A stretch of 64,000 bases of DNA from Eledone cirrhosa (Eukaryota). The notes beneath the pieces were generated by a model that saw nothing but the letters and a program-made list of their open reading frames with translations, had not been told where the DNA came from and did no database searches. The position numbers and the translations under genes are program-made. Below are positions 41,500 to 56,411 of this stretch, in pieces; position 1 is the first letter of the stretch; every line of letters starts with the position of its first letter. The stretch spans positions 332,630,001-332,694,000 of the forward strand of contig OZ024741.1 of assembly GCA_964016885.1 (NCBI GenBank). Reading direction: 5' to 3'.

Positions 41500-43385
41500 A
41501 GGCCCAGGCTGAATAACATCATGAATGCCTATAACGAAGCTCCTCACACAATTTAAAATAAATCAGATACCATCAACAAAACAATAATACATATACCAAG
41601 AAAACGAAGGGGAAACATAATGGATGAGAACCAACAAGGCCAGACAAAAATATATTGTATACACAGATCGTCCTTATAACATAATTTTCTTTATTAAAAT
41701 TGTGACCATGTGAGTAAAGAGAAACAAGTTGAAAATCAGCTACAACAATACACAGAGTTTGAAATGAAAACAAACAGTATATCGATACACATAAGAAACA
41801 AAATTTATTGATTGTATTACAAATGCCTGTATTATAAATACAACGAAAAATGTACACAAAAAAATCACACAGATGTACAGACGTTTGTTCTTTGAACTTA
41901 AGGAAAAAACTGTTCGTTAACAAATGCTCACAAAACTGTACAAACACAGATGCAGCAAAGCTGATAACCAACAAAAATGATATTTATTTAAATAATGGGC
42001 CAGACTCTACCCCTCAAGTACCACTAAAAAAATCAAAAAGACAAATGGACAACCGAGGAATATGCTTCAATCATACACGCACACCTTACGACAACATTAT
42101 ACCCTAAAAATGAAAACACAACAACACATAAAACCTGGCACATTTTGAGTTAATACTTGACCCTAATAAACTAGCAAGTTTAAGGAGATACATATTAAAA
42201 ACAAAAAAATATCAGACACTGAAATTGAACAACAAAAAAATCAAATTTAAAACGAAAACACAAATAATAATAACATTATAATTAACGAACATGGCTTGGA
42301 TTCATTACCAAAAAGCATTTGACAGTGTTCCCCATACATAGATACTCAACACACTAGCCATGAATAAAGTATCAGCAAAAATAACAACATTTATCAAACA
42401 TGCCATGAGAAAATGGTTAACAATTCTGCTGATACAAACAAAAGATAAAACAATAAAAAGAGAGCCGATCCCAATCAACAGAGGCATATTCCAAGGACTA
42501 TCACCACTACTTTTCTGCCTAAACAGAACTGGGCAAGGGTATAAATGCTACAATGGGAAAAGTAACCATCTCCTATATATGGATGATCTAAAGCTATATG
42601 CTACAAATGAAAAACAATTTCAAACACTGCTCCAAACTGTACACGGATTCACAAAAGAAATAGGTATGAAATTTGGATTAGAAAAATGTGGCAAGGCAAC
42701 TCTGAAGAGAGGGAAACTAGTGAAAAGCAATAATATCATGTTAAATAAAGAAACAGAAATAAGAGAACTAGATAAAACTCAAACATACAATACTTAGGAA
42801 TCAACACATACACTGGAAATTATGCCAGCATTTAAGAAATACCAACAGAAAAAAAATGGTACAAACACACACCAGAAAAAGTTTCAGAGAATGACAAATC
42901 AACCATTTTCTAGGATATGCCAATACATACAGACAGGGAGATCGAAGCCAACCGACTAGATATTATAGTCAAAGATCACAAAGAAAAAATTCCTTCTAAT
43001 AGATGTATCGATCCCCACAGACGACAATATATCTTCCCAGGAAATAGAGAAACTCTCCAAATATAAAGATCTAGAAATAGAAATAACTCGAATGTGGAAA
43101 ATGAAAACAGAAACAATACCTATAATAATAGGTGCTCTAGGAATGATAAAAATACACACAAACAAATACATAGCCAAAACCCAAGGACTTACAAATATAT
43201 ACAACATACAAAAGATAGCACTACTAGACACTGCACACATATTACGAAAAGTACTCTCAATACAATAGAAACAACATCAGCAAAAACTACACTGCTCATA
43301 CCCAAGGCATACAGAGCTGTGCTTGGTAAAGCAGTAAAGATGCGCCATAAAAATAATAATGGAAATAATAATAATGATAATATAA
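41500..43385 (+). mobile_element. Degenerate R4/Dong-type (restriction-like endonuclease) non-LTR retrotransposon
   Basis: KAFDSVPH, GIFQG.LSPLLFCL, HLLYMDDLKLYA and KFGLEKC. REL-type endonuclease NRLDIIVKD..LIDVSIP..EKLSKYKDLEIEI..WKMKTETIPIIIGALG. (AAT)n tail. The 5' boundary is uncertain. Confidence 0.8.
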
Positions 43386-44327
43386 TTTAACAATGGTTCA
43401 GATATAAAATTATGATGGAAAATTTTTTAGATAAATATAAACACTTAAAACTTGGTAATTTTTTTATATTCCACCGGTCTCCAGGATTCATATTATGGAG
43501 TACTCAGGTGGGAGAACTACAGAAAACGAGTAATTTACAAGTTTTTAACAACATATTCACTCAAAACACAAAGTCATAGGAAAAACATAAATTTCACCTT
43601 CAAAATTCTAAGCAAAACTATCAACTAACTCCCCTTAAAATTGATTTTTGTTTTTACTACTACATCTGTCCCTAAGATGGGTGTAATAGTAACATTTTAT
43701 CTAAAAAAAGGAATAGTTTTTTTTATCATAGAGCCAGGGACACTTTCAAGCAGTTACATATGAAAAGGTTTAATTAACAATCATGTTGAACAACAAAAGT
43801 GACAAAGAAAAAGCCAAGTTTGAAGAATAAATGAAACAAAAATTAAATAGATGTGTTGATTTCCATATTAGCTTGACTTGCATTGCTGTAGTATTTCACA
43901 TCATATTCTGTACAAGTTTACACTGAATTCTGCAAAGACTGTGGATGGAATAAGTAGGAAAAACTATACTACACAGTATATAATAACAATGCGAGGGATA
44001 TAAATCTTTTCTTCCCTTCCCATTGGAATTGTTAAAGGGGAGGAAAAAATAAGCTGCAGTAAGAGAGATCTATTCAACATTATATGTAGTTATTATAGTG
44101 CCTATGTAGGTGTGACACTATGTATGTGTGTTTATATAAACATCAACATCATCATCACTGTTTAACGTCCCTTTTTCTCCACACTGGTATGGGTTAAATA
44201 ATTTTATTTTTATTTCTGTAGGTAGTAATGATGTAAGAGAGAAAAATGTGCAGAGGGGAAAACCTCATAGTGAATGTATCAATCGCTGTTAGGCAGTCAG
44301 TATATGAGGTGCTGTACTATTTACCTG

Positions 44328-44605
44328 TGGAGGCACGTGGCCTAGTGGTAAGGGTGTTGACCTTATGATCATAATGTTGTGGGTTAGATTCCTGGGTTGC
44401 GTGTTGTGTTCTTGAGCAAAACACTTCATTTCCCATTGCTCCAGTATACTCAGCTGAAAATGAGTACCAGCAATAGCTGGAGGTTTAACCATGCATTGGA
44501 CTGGCATCCTGTCCAGGAGGAGTCTTGTACTCTCAGTCGCTTCATGCCATGAAACCGGGATAAGCACCAGCCAAATGAGCCTTCTAGCTTAAGACAGATT
44601 TTAGA
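44328..44605 (+). mobile_element. tRNA-derived SINE family B variant
   Basis: Head ggaggcacgtggcctagtggtaaggg and core ttcttgagcaaaacacttcat...cagctgaaaatgagtacc. Inverse copies at 12820-13097 and 35800-36045. Confidence 0.75.
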
Positions 44606-45084
44606 CTTTTAGACTATTTACCTATATTGCTAACAAGGATCCACAGTTTCTGAATACTATGATACTTGGGTGTATGTGTACCACCTGGAAACCAAAGCTT
44701 AGTCATTGAAATGGAAGCATTTGATGTTGCCAAAGCCTTAAAAAGTACATCTGATGCAGAGCAAAATCAAGGTGATGCTGATTGTTTTCTTCATTTAGCA
44801 AGATGTTGTGCATTATGAATACACACCTACTAAGGTCAGCTGGAAAGTTTATAGACTGACCAAGATACTCTCATGGAATAACCAAATGAGGTTTATTTTT
44901 CAACATAGTCCCTGGGAAGAAACGATGCAGTTATTAATAAGAAGAGTTGAAATTAATGCATGCAAGATTTCACAGCTCTAGCATCACTCCTCCATATTCA
45001 GCCTACAAACTTTTCAACCAGCCCTTGTACATATGTGGTACATAATTTTGTATTGACTTGGTTTATGACAACCTGTTTAACCTA

Positions 45085-45386
45085 TGTCAGCATGGAAACA
45101 TAGATGTTAAATGATGATGATGACAACAATGATGATGACAACAATGATGATGATTATGGCAATGACAACAATGATGATGATGATGATGATGATTATGGCA
45201 ATAACAACAACGATGATGATAATGATGATGATGATGATGATGGCAATGACAACAATGATGATGATGATAATGATGGCAATGACAACAACGATGATTGGTG
45301 ATCATGATGATGATGATTATGCAATGACAACAATGATGATGATGATGATGATGATTATGGCAATGATAACAATGATGATGATGATG
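45085..45386. repeat. Expanded (GAT)n-derived repeat at an RTE-type 3' tail
   Basis: gcatggaaacatagatgttaaat followed by (GAT/GAC/AAC)n. Confidence 0.8.
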
Positions 45387-46559
45387 TGACTCTGAAAAAC
45401 TTCCCATTTGTTTCCCGATATAAATCATTTGCATTTTACATTTCTATTCACAAGCAATATTAAGAAGGGAGAAAAAAAGGGAAAGACTCATCACTTCTCA
45501 ATTCTACTACACTGATATACATGGCCAAAGGGTTTATTGAAGATAGAAGAGGAAATTAAAATCCTTTTATATTCAATATTTTCTGCTTAAGACTGGGCTA
45601 TTGTAAAAACTTTAGCAGTTTGATGTTTCATATTGTTTGGTTTCCTTTCTCCTATATATCTGAAGCCATGTGCTTATGTAAGGAATCAATATTTGACATT
45701 GCCATCTATATTTCATCTGAAAGATGAGAAGAATACAAACTTCAACCAAAAAATAACAAACAAAAAAAAACATATATATAAACATCAAATGAATATATTG
45801 TGTAAAGGATCTTAACATCATGAGAAATTCAATATTTTCGGCAGCAATCCAATTTCTAAGCAATAGAATCTAGAATAAAGATATTTTTAACCACTCTTGT
45901 AAGTTACATAAGTTATTTCTTATATATAATATCCAGTGAGTGTGTTGGTCCGATATCACTTTTGGTAACATAAGGAGAGGTGAGTAAAAGACAGAAATAG
46001 AGGGAATTAATATATGGATTGATGGAGGAGTACACACACTGAGCAAAGTGGTAGGCAAAGAATGAATGAGAGACAGATTGGCAAAATAATGGTTTCATAT
46101 ATAGGCACAAGGCCAGCAATTTTGGGGGAGGGAAAGTCAATTAAATCGACCCCAGTGCATGACTAGTACTTTATTTTATCGATCCCGTAAGGATGAAAGG
46201 TAAACTTAACCTCGGCGGGATTTGAACTCAGATCATAAAGGGCCGTCTGACCGTCTACCGATACTGCCAATCCACAAAATAATGCTATAATGAAGCACAT
46301 ATGTACACACACACACACAAGTAGATGTGGTCGACTGAGTTACATTTTCTTTTCATCCTTTCTTCCTCCTTTTTGATATGGAATATACATATATGAAAAT
46401 ATATATTCCTTTTCTCGAATACACTCTTTTCCTTTTTCACAAATCGCAGCCATCTTTAATACTATATTTGTTGTGTTACATTGTGACCGAAAGAATATGA
46501 TTGTGAATACAAGCAGCTGAAATGGGGTTCCTCCAAAGGGTTTTTGGAGTAACATTACT

Positions 46560-46840
46560 CATTAGAGTGCAAAGCTCGGAGATCAGAGAGTTGGTCCAAG
46601 TAGAGCCACTACTTCTCCGAATTGAGAGATCAGAGCTTCGATATTATGGTCATGTGGTTAGAATGTCCCAGGAAATATTTGCTGGACAGGTTTGACAGGT
46701 AAAAACCAACTGGAAGGAGACCCATGGGTCAACTGGTCTCTCTCGAAGATCCAGCCGGATCATTTGGAAACAGTTGATTCTGACAGCACCAGCTGGGAAG
46801 TGTGCTTGAGGACTCTACCACCATGACTCTCCCAGGAATA
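46560..46840 (+). mobile_element. RTE (Expander-like) LINE C-terminal fragment
   Basis: Translates as VEPLLLRIERSELRYYGHVVRM...PTGRRPMG. Confidence 0.65.
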
Positions 46841-48108
46841 AATAGAAGATGAAAAAGAAGAAGGCAAGAGTGTGAGCAATTGGAGAGATTTTAGTAAATC
46901 ACTCAAAATACTTGTATGAATAAATTGTAATAGTGTATATTTCATTAGGAATATGGCTATGAAAGAGTTAACATTAACAGTTGACATATTGTACCATGCA
47001 TGGCAATAATGTCTGCCCAAATCTTGTATGACTCTATGTTGATGTATTACGATAAAGCTAAAGAAAGTTAGGAATTCTCTATTCATACGGGGAACATTGT
47101 TTTCACTGCCTCTGTGATGTACTTTCACTTTGTTGCGACATATTGTTTTTGTTCCCCCATATTATTTTATCTTTTTTTCCTTATCATTTATTTCACTAGC
47201 CATGTATAAATTTAAAATATAAAAAAAAAGGTGCATAAAAGAAAAAAAGTATGATACTCTATTTACAAAGAAGAGAATAAAATGTTCTTAGGAATGGAAT
47301 GAAGTGGTTCATTACTGAGAATGTGCTAATCAAGCTATTGAGGCGATTGAGAACGATTATAGAGAAAAAAAAAAAAAAAATTTATCATCCTTTTCCTGGC
47401 TGCCTGTAAAAGGAGCCTTTTATGCAAAGTCATTTTTTATTTTATTTTATTTACAAATTTTAAAATATTTTTTAATGTTACTACAAACAGGTTTGTAACA
47501 ACTAGTAACGACTTTTCTTGGATATTTTCTTTGAACTTTGAAAATCGCTGCTCAGTTTGGAAAGAAAATATTTTTTATAATGTAACTGATACTGGGACTG
47601 CTAATAACCTGCAACTAAAACTGGGGTGTAGTGTCTGTCACTCCTTTTCTTTCATAGCTTGATTCTTCTTTCTTTGTCTCCTTTTTTGTTCCCTTTTATG
47701 ACCCTCAATTTGTAACCCATTTGGTGATCGGTTTTTGTATAAGTTTATATAAAGAAAAATCACCATGTAGAGTTTGAAATATTTTTATTTTCACTTCTGC
47801 CCCCCACCCCCCACCCACTATATTATATGCCAATGCAGAAATTTTCACTAGATTCTTTGGAATCTAATGTTTCTAGTCTTTAGTAAATCCTGTCACTGCA
47901 TAATTCACCTCACTGCTGTTCATCAAACAGAATACTTTGTGTTATTCGTTCCAGCTCTCTACTCTCTGAGTTCAAAATGAGCCGAGGTGGTCAACTTTGC
48001 CTTTCATCCTTTCACAGTTGATAAAAAAGTACCAGTTGGGATGATTCTTTGTTTCAGAAATTGACTGTGTTCAGACCTCTAGAGGGGATAAACTCCACCA
48101 AGTTTTAA

Positions 48109-48330
48109 CCCTTTAGCATTTAAACTGGCTGTATCCAGCCAGAACTCTCCCACCTCTTTCTGTTCAAAAATGTCCATAACTGGCTGCTCATACTTATGTT
48201 AAGGTATTGTTCTCAAAATAAATAATATCAAAATCTCATGGAGTCAATATTATGTAAGATAATTATGTGAGGTTAAGCCTTTACCATGAAAATACAATAG
48301 TAAATGTAGAGTAATGTAAATGTTAAAGGG
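48109..48330. mobile_element. piggyBac-like MITE
   Basis: TTAA-CCCTTTAGCATTTA ... TAAATGTTAAAGGG-TTAA. It interrupts the ...ccaccaagtt(ttaa)aaatgtcc motif of the SINE-derived repeat. Confidence 0.85.
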
Positions 48331-51300
48331 TTAAAAATGTCCGAAACATATATGTCAATACAGCATTCCTATGACTCCATCAAGAGTTACAGGTCCACAC
48401 ATTACAGTTCATTCAATTAATTCTCCCTGTGGGCGGAAAGCTCAATATGGTAGACTAGCATCTGTTCCTGGAAGAAACTACATGTCATTTTTTTTAATGC
48501 TAAGGAAACTACAGATTAAGCACCAACCTTTACAAATCCCCTATGATTGAGAAAAAGGATTAGCTAAATAATTCTGCTATTGATTGAATAGTTTTACAAA
48601 TCTCAGTTGTAAATTAGATATGAAAAACAAATGAAAAACGTTTACTTTATGTAATGTTTAAAGAGTAAAGCATGTCACATTCAATGTTCTAAAAGAGTTA
48701 CATGACTATATTTGTAAGTAGATTAGATATGAGCAAATGTTCTCCCAGGCTACAATAAATATATTTGTTAATTGCAAACGAATATAAATAATTTTCCTTT
48801 TATTTCTTTTATGATATACGTGTAGCATATTTATTGATATGACTTATTATAAATTTGGATTGTAAGCATTTTAGTGGTGTTTGTTTACTCGAAACAATGT
48901 CTGATAACGATAATTCCTGCATTCCATATCAACTGTGTATTATATTATCCATAATTGAAGGATTAATACCAAGATGTTTGTAAGGAAATATATGCAACAT
49001 CTTGGCAGTTGTAATACACAAGATGCATGCTTAATGCGGCTTTTAAAATATGTCCATTACATGGATACAAATTGATTTTCCTGCCTGTTTGCCATCAACC
49101 AAAATGTCTTTTAAAGGAAAGCTGTGCAACTTTCTATTGTAATATAATCTTCTTTGTCAGTCTCACAATCTTATTGGCCAACTTCTTTTTATTTGCCAAT
49201 CTTCTTCGGAAATGTCTTACAAAGAAATCCGAGCTTACAAACTTAGCTATTAAAAGTATGTCATTATGTGACAAGCGAAACCTTTAAATTATTAGGTAGC
49301 TCACAGCCTTAGTCTTTAATTACTCTGTTGGGGGTGATGAGGGAGAGAGAGGAGAGAAAAAGGAGCATGTTTCTTATATCAATTCAAGCTTACCACGTTT
49401 AGACACATGAGTGACTAAAATCTCCATTACATTGAAAAGTGAATTATATTCATTCGGGATCCGATGATTTTCCCCATCGAAATAATTCTTCCGTCTTCTG
49501 TGATTCACCATGGTTTAGTCAATGAGCCAACAAAGAACTAACTTTTATTTGTTCGTTTGACCTGCTAGAAATAGCAACCAAATTTTTCTCCCCAAATCAG
49601 ACCTTATTGTCGTAAATAAAAAAAAAAGAAAAACACATTATATTAGATAATATAGTATTTTTTTTTGTTATTGCACCCATCCTAGAGACGGGTGTTATGA
49701 AATTCTCAGGTAGGAGAACCACAGACAACGAAGAATTTGCGATGGTTTGGGAGGCCATTACTCATTCGAAACACATAAAAAATAATAGGAAAAACATAAA
49801 TTTCACCTTCAAAATTCTAACCAAAATTTATCAAGTAATTCACTCTAGTTTATTCAGCCAACGAGACAATAAAGGAATGGTTCCCTGTTTGCTAGAAATA
49901 GCAGCCAAACCTCCCTACAGACTACACCGTATTGTTGTAAATAAAAAAATGACACCTTGCATAATAAAGTCTGAACTACTCCAAAAGGATTTCCATTGAA
50001 ATAATTGTCATGTTTGTGATTCCCCATGGTTCAGCCAATGAGGTTTACTTGTTTGACCTGTTAGAAATAGCAGTCATTGTTTGTTGTTTTTTCCCCTCAC
50101 TTTGATTATATATTTTTGTGTATTATATTAGCAGTATCGGTAGAGGGTTGGACGCCATGCTTTCCAGCATAGTTACGTCCCTTTACGATCTGAGTTCAAA
50201 TCCCGCCGAGGTTGACTTTGCCTTTCATCCTTACGGGGTCGATAAAATAAAGTACCAGTAATGTACTGGGTAATTGCTGGCCTTGTGCCTAAAGTAGAAA
50301 CAATTATATTTATAAGGTTCCTAGCAATGATTAATTGATTATATTATACTTCTATTTAATCTTATATGTTTGTTATAAAGTAGAAAATATTATTTTGTTT
50401 CACAAAAAATGAAAACACATGTTATTGTTGTAAATAAAAAAAAAGACAGGTAATGGTTTCTGATTTAGGCACAAGGTCAACAATTTGTGGAAAAAGGGTA
50501 CAGTCGATTAAACCAACCTCAATACATTACTGATACTTTATTTTATCGATTCCGTAAGGATGAAAGGCAAAGCTAACCTCGGCTACATTTGAACTCAAAA
50601 CACAAAGGGTTGTAACTATATGCCACAAAGCATGTTATTCGACACTCTACCGAATAAAGTCTGAAATAGTCTCCAAAAAGATTTCCATTTATGTAAATTT
50701 TTCTGTTTGTGATTCCACGTGGTTCAGCCAACGGGTTTTACTTGTTCGTTTGACAAACTAGAAATAATAGCCAAATCCTTTCACAAACTGTCTAGACAAT
50801 ATAGTTAGAGATACACTTCTAAAAGATTTCCATTGAAGTAATTATCTCATTTATGATTCTCCACATTTCAGCCCTAATTGTCAATAAAAAAAGTACCAGT
50901 CTAGTACTAGGATCACTTTTTTTCAATATCTCTTTCTTACTCCCTCTCTCTCATACTCTATCCTCTCTGGAAGAAATCTGCTATACTCAGACCTAAAGAG
51001 GAGATGGGCTCTGCCAGGCTTTAAAATGCCCAAGAAATGCCATATATCACTATGGCATCCCTCGGGAGTTACGGGATCATACCATACCAATCGTAGGTCT
51101 GTTAAAATCCTAGTTGACCTAGGGCTAAACAACAACACCCACAAGAAAATCAACAACTATAATAACCATGTTTTAGCAACACCAGCAGCTGTGCTGTTTT
51201 CATCAATAATTGGCTTATTATAGAGACGTTTCAGACAACAATACAAGCTCATTAGCAAATACAGATGTAGAAACAAACAAACGTGTGTGTTTATTTTTAA

Positions 51301-52320
51301 AATACGCTTTATGTCAGAAGACAATCACCTTATTAAAACTATTGTTTTTCTGTGTGTAGTATTATAAATAGAATTTCAAAAGGTTTATAAGTTCAGTCAT
51401 TTCATCTGTTAAAGGTGTACACAACCTTTGGTTTCTTTAAGAATTTTCTGTGTCACCATATTTTGTCTCATTAACAATTTTTCTCACTGCCTTTTTATAC
51501 ATAAAATAAAAACATCTGAGGTTCAAGTTCTTTAAGGAATGTTATATATGCTTATCTTATTTTACTATTTTTTGTGTGTGGTGATGATGGTGGTGGGTTT
51601 AAAATTGGTTAAATCTTATTTTAGGACACATATTCAATGACAACCATAAAAGTATGAGGGTGGGCTGAAAAGTTCATAGGTCGACCAAGATACTCTCATG
51701 GCATGACAAAATGAGGTTTATTTTTCAACATAGTCCATGGAAAGAAGCAATGCAGTTATTAAGAAGAAGAGTTGAGATTAATGAATGTGAGATTTCACAG
51801 CTCTAGCATCACTCCTTCATAGTCAGCTTATGAACTTTTCAGGTGAACCTTGTATACATGTAGGTTTGTATATTTATATATACAAACCTACATGCAACTC
51901 TTTAAAATTGTAATACCAACCCACCCAAGGTCGCTCATACTAAAAATATTCCTATTCAAATTTAAATCTTTATCAAAATCTTATTTTTAACTCTTAACAT
52001 CCTGCAATGATTTAGCAGAAAATATCTAAAGATTGTTTTTAATTCAATGTCTATAGTATCTTTATTAGTGAACATATCATTCTGAAATTTGCAGTTTTAG
52101 GAATAAAGACTTTCATTTTTAATGTAATGCAGTTTCAGTGCTATTTATAGTATCTTTACAGTGTGAAAACTTGTAGGATTAGGGTTAATGTATGATGTTA
52201 TACAGTCATAGGGTAGTTTTGTACTTTCTGAGAGTTTTTTGTTAATGCATTCTTGTGTGGTACAGGACATTGAGATAAATTAAATAACTAAGCAATAAAA
52301 CATCCTGGTAAATGATTTAA

Positions 52321-52527
52321 CCCTTTAGCATTTAAACCGGCTGTATGTGGACAGAATTCTCTAACCTCTTTCTGTTCAAACCAGCTGTAATTGGCCGCTC
52401 AAACCAATGTCAAGGTATTGTTTAAAAATAAATAACATCAAAAGCTCGTAGATTTGATATTATGTGAGATAAAGTTTTTACCATGAAAATACAACAGTAA
52501 ATATAGAGTAATGTAAATGCAAAAAGG
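52321..52527. mobile_element. piggyBac-like MITE
   Basis: TTAA-CCCTTTAGCATTTA ... TAAATGCAAAAAGG-TTAA. Confidence 0.82.
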
Positions 52528-52699
52528 TTAATAAATTGTAGGATTGGAGTAAGTCTTTAATTGTTGGTGTAGTGCAGTCGTAGGGCGGTTTTGCACTTTA
52601 CATGAAGTCTTTGTTAATGCAGTCTTATGTGGTACAGGAGATTGAGTTAAATTAAATGACAAAGTAGTAGAACATACTGGGAATTGATTTAATAAATTT

Positions 52700-54230
52700 C
52701 ACATGGTAGGCATAGACATAAACTTGTAAAGCTTTACCAACTGGGCATCCCTTGTCAAACAGGGCTCCCTCTAGGAAAAACCATGGGCTTCCCTAAATCT
52801 AAACTGACCTGGGCCTCAAAAACCTGAACTGCTCTGGCTTCCCCAATCCTGAACTACCCCTAGGCCCTCCAAGGTATAAATGTAGCATTGGGTGTGTAGG
52901 TTTTAAACAGATTTAGAACAGGTTGCACACACACTCACAAAACTTGTAAAGCTTTACGAACTGAAAAAAAAACATGAAATTCTTTGAATTGGTTCTTGAA
53001 TTTCTCTGGCAAAACCAACAATGGTGTGTACAGAGCTGGATTTATTGGGGGAGAGAGGGGGTGAATGCGCTGGGCACCTCTTGTTAAACAGGCTCCCTCT
53101 AAGGACAGTCATGCCCCCCCCCCCCCCCCCCCCCAAAAAAAAATGTCTAGATATGGCCCTGAGTGTGTAGGTGTGAAACAAATCTAGAAAAGATTTCACA
53201 GACAGACATAAACTTATAAAGCTTTACCAACTGAAGAACTGAAATTCTTTAAATTAGTTCTTGAAATTCTCTGAAAAGTCAGCAATGGTGTGTAGGCTTG
53301 AAACAGATGCAGAAAAGATTGCATACACAGACATACTGTATATACTTAAATATAAACCGAGGAATTTTTTACCAAAAAATCAATGGTAAAATGAGAGTCG
53401 GCTTATACACCATCTAAACAATGTGTTGATTAGCTGCCTCAGCTTATAAATGGGGTTGGGATTTTTGCCCATTTCTCAGACATAAAATAAGGGAGGGGGG
53501 TCGTCTTAAATTTGAGTATATATGGTCATTCTTGAATTTCTCTGGCAAAATCAACAGTGGTGTGTACAGGGCTGGATTTATTGGGGTTAAAGGGGCAAAT
53601 GCCATGGGCACCCCTTGTCAAACTGTGGCCCCATAAATCTGAATGGCCTCGGCTCCGTTCCAAACCTAAACTGCCCTCTTCCCCCCAGATCTAAATATAG
53701 CCCTGAGTGTGTAGGTTTTAAACAGATCTAGAAAGGGTTGCACACACATACACACATGCACAGACATAAACTTGGAAAGCTTTACCAACTGAAAAAAACC
53801 CATTAAATTATATGAATTAGTTCTGGCAAACCCTGACAAAACCAGCACTGTTGTGTACAGAGCTGGATTTATGGGGGGACAGAGGGTGCGAATGTCCTGG
53901 GTGCCCTTTGTTAAACAAGGCCCCTTCTAGGAACAGTGATGTCTCGCCCTTCCACGAAAAAAAAAAAAAAGTTTAAACTGTGCTAAGCCCCTCCCCTCAA
54001 TCCTGAACTGCCCTGGGAACTCCAAAGAGGTCTAAATATGGCCTTGGATATATAGGTTTGAAATATATCCAGAGATGGTTCCACTAACAGTCATAAACAT
54101 GTGAAGCTTCTCCAACTGAAAAAAACAGAGGAAATTCTTTGAAATAATTTGTGAATTTTTCTGGCAAAACCAACAACCAGTTATGGTGTGTAGGTTTGAA
54201 ACAGATCCAGAAAAGGTTGTAACAAGCATA
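52700..54230. repeat. Degenerate complex tandem repeat (~230-290 bp units) interrupted by a Tc2/pogo-like MITE (53335-53527)
   Basis: Recurring aaacttgtaaagctttaccaactg, ttctctggcaaaa.caac..tggtgtgta, gctggatttat.gggg and gtgtgtaggtt..aaacagat.tagaa. Confidence 0.7.
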
Positions 54231-54544
54231 TGATTTAATGTTTTGTCAAAAGTCTATAGCAGAATAAATAAAACATGTTTGAATGCCATGAACTTTTCAA
54301 ACCAATTCCATTTATTCAAAATGATTACTGTTATAAAGGGCATAGATATATATTGTTTGTTTGTAATATGTTACAGAGGTGGATTGGAGGGTATATGTCT
54401 AAACTGAAATCAAATAATTCAATACGCAGTGGTTGGTAGGTGGTGCTGAGGTTTATATATATATGTACTTACATATACACACAGACATATATTTCATCAT
54501 CATCTTTACATCCGTTTGCCATGTATATACATGTACACACCCCC

Positions 54545-54588
<44 letters not shown>

Positions 54589-55235
54589 GTATATATATAT
54601 ACATATATATATACTTATATATATATATATATACTTATATATATATATATACTTATATATATACATACACACACACAAACACAGATATATATATATAAAT
54701 ATATAAATACATATATCTATACACACACACATATATTTATATATATATATACATAACAATATGTATATATATATAAATATATATATATATACACACACAT
54801 ATTTATTTATATATATGTATACACATAACAATCAATATGTATGTATGTATATATATACAGTATATACACATATACACACATATAGACATATATGTGTGTG
54901 TTAAATAAATAACAGATTTTTCCATACCAATTACCATAATATTGATCTCTGGCTGTCATCCACCTCCTTCTCAACCTCTTCTTCATCAGCATTATAAATA
55001 AAGAGGTGTAGCAGAAAATAAACTATAATATTGTCAAAAATGTAGTTGTACAAACCCTACACAAAGAATTGAAAATGACAATAAAAACAAAATTATTTTC
55101 AAAAATCAAAAATTAAACATAGAAGCAAAACAATACTTGATGGAATTCTCCCCTCCATTCCTAAGAAACGGAATTACATTTGACAGAATTCAACAACACC
55201 ATAATTACAAACATAGGTATTGCAATGTATGTATG

Positions 55236-55315
<80 letters not shown>

Positions 55316-55411
55316 TCATTGCTACCATTGGTTTCCAATCCTTGCATTTGGTTTAGTTTCTGAGTTTGCACTTTCTCATGTGAAACATTGATTCAGGCAA
55401 CTTATACATAT

Positions 55412-55911
55412 ATCATCATCATCATCATTTTATGTTCCCTTTTCCTTGCTTGCAAAGGTGGGATTGGTCCTATTCAGCATGGCATCTCTCCATTCATCAT
55501 GGTCCTTTGTCATCTCCTCCGTGAGCTTCAGCAATCTGAGATCAGCTCTCACCACCTCCGCCCATGTTTTTCGTGGTCTACCTCTATTGCGTCTTGCTTC
55601 TACTGGAATTTCTTGGCACTTCTTTACCCAGCGGTCATCCTCCATGTGCATCAGATGTCCATACCAACACAGTCTTCTCTCCCACATACTACAGCCGTTC
55701 ACTCTTATACACAGTTTCTCTCTCAACTTGTCTATGCTTGGTCGTTCAAGCACATTGACATTGAACATCCAACAGAGCATGCTTGCTTCATTTCTCTCCA
55801 CCTGTAGCATATCCTCCACAGTTGCTGACCATGTCTCACTACCATGCAGCATTGCGCATCTCACACAGGCATCATATAACCGGCTTTTCGTCCATAGGGA
55901 GAAACCCTTCT
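55412..55911 (-). mobile_element. RTE-type LINE 3' fragment
   Basis: KGFSL..K.RLYDACVR.AMLHGSETW...RRLCWYGHLM...RGRPRKTW, then a (GAT)n tail. Confidence 0.88.
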
Positions 55912-55953
55912 TTATATATGAATGTATGTATAGTATATTTGGCAATATACGAA

Positions 55954-56006
55954 AGACTTCCACAGGACTAGAACTGTTTCATTCCGGAGAAATCATCAGG
56001 AAGCCC
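55954..56006 (-). ncRNA. Type I hammerhead-like motif with a non-cleavable GUG triplet
   Basis: Minus strand: GGGCTTC-CTGATGA-tTTC/tccg/GAAt-GAA-ACAG/ttctagtc/CTGT-G-GAAGTCT. Stems I-III all pair. Folded by hand. Confidence 0.65.
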
Positions 56007-56302
56007 TTACTTACTGTGGTTACCCCCGATTGAACTTGGGATAAACTTATATATATATATATATATACACACAATATATATATGTGTGTATATATAAATA
56101 TACACAATACATATTGGTGGACCAGCAATCACTCTTTAATCAGCTCTTAAATATATATATATATATATGCAGAGGTTATATTTAATTTGTTGGGATTCAA
56201 CAAGCTTAAACATTTTTATAACTGATATAAAGCACTCAACAAGTTAGTGGAGTAAATACACAATATATTAATAAATGGAAACCATATTTATAAAACCATA
56301 TT

Positions 56303-56368
56303 TATTTTATTATACATATTTCAAGGGCAACCAAGGCAAATTATGGTGCGCTTTCATCAGATAAAATA
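56303..56368 (-). ncRNA. Hammerhead-like motif in the inverted PLE terminal repeat
   Basis: Reverse complement of 59128-59193 with one substitution in stem II. Confidence 0.75.
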
Positions 56369-56411
56369 CAGATTTGTTTTATAAATAAATATTGACATAC
56401 CCGGAAAAAAG

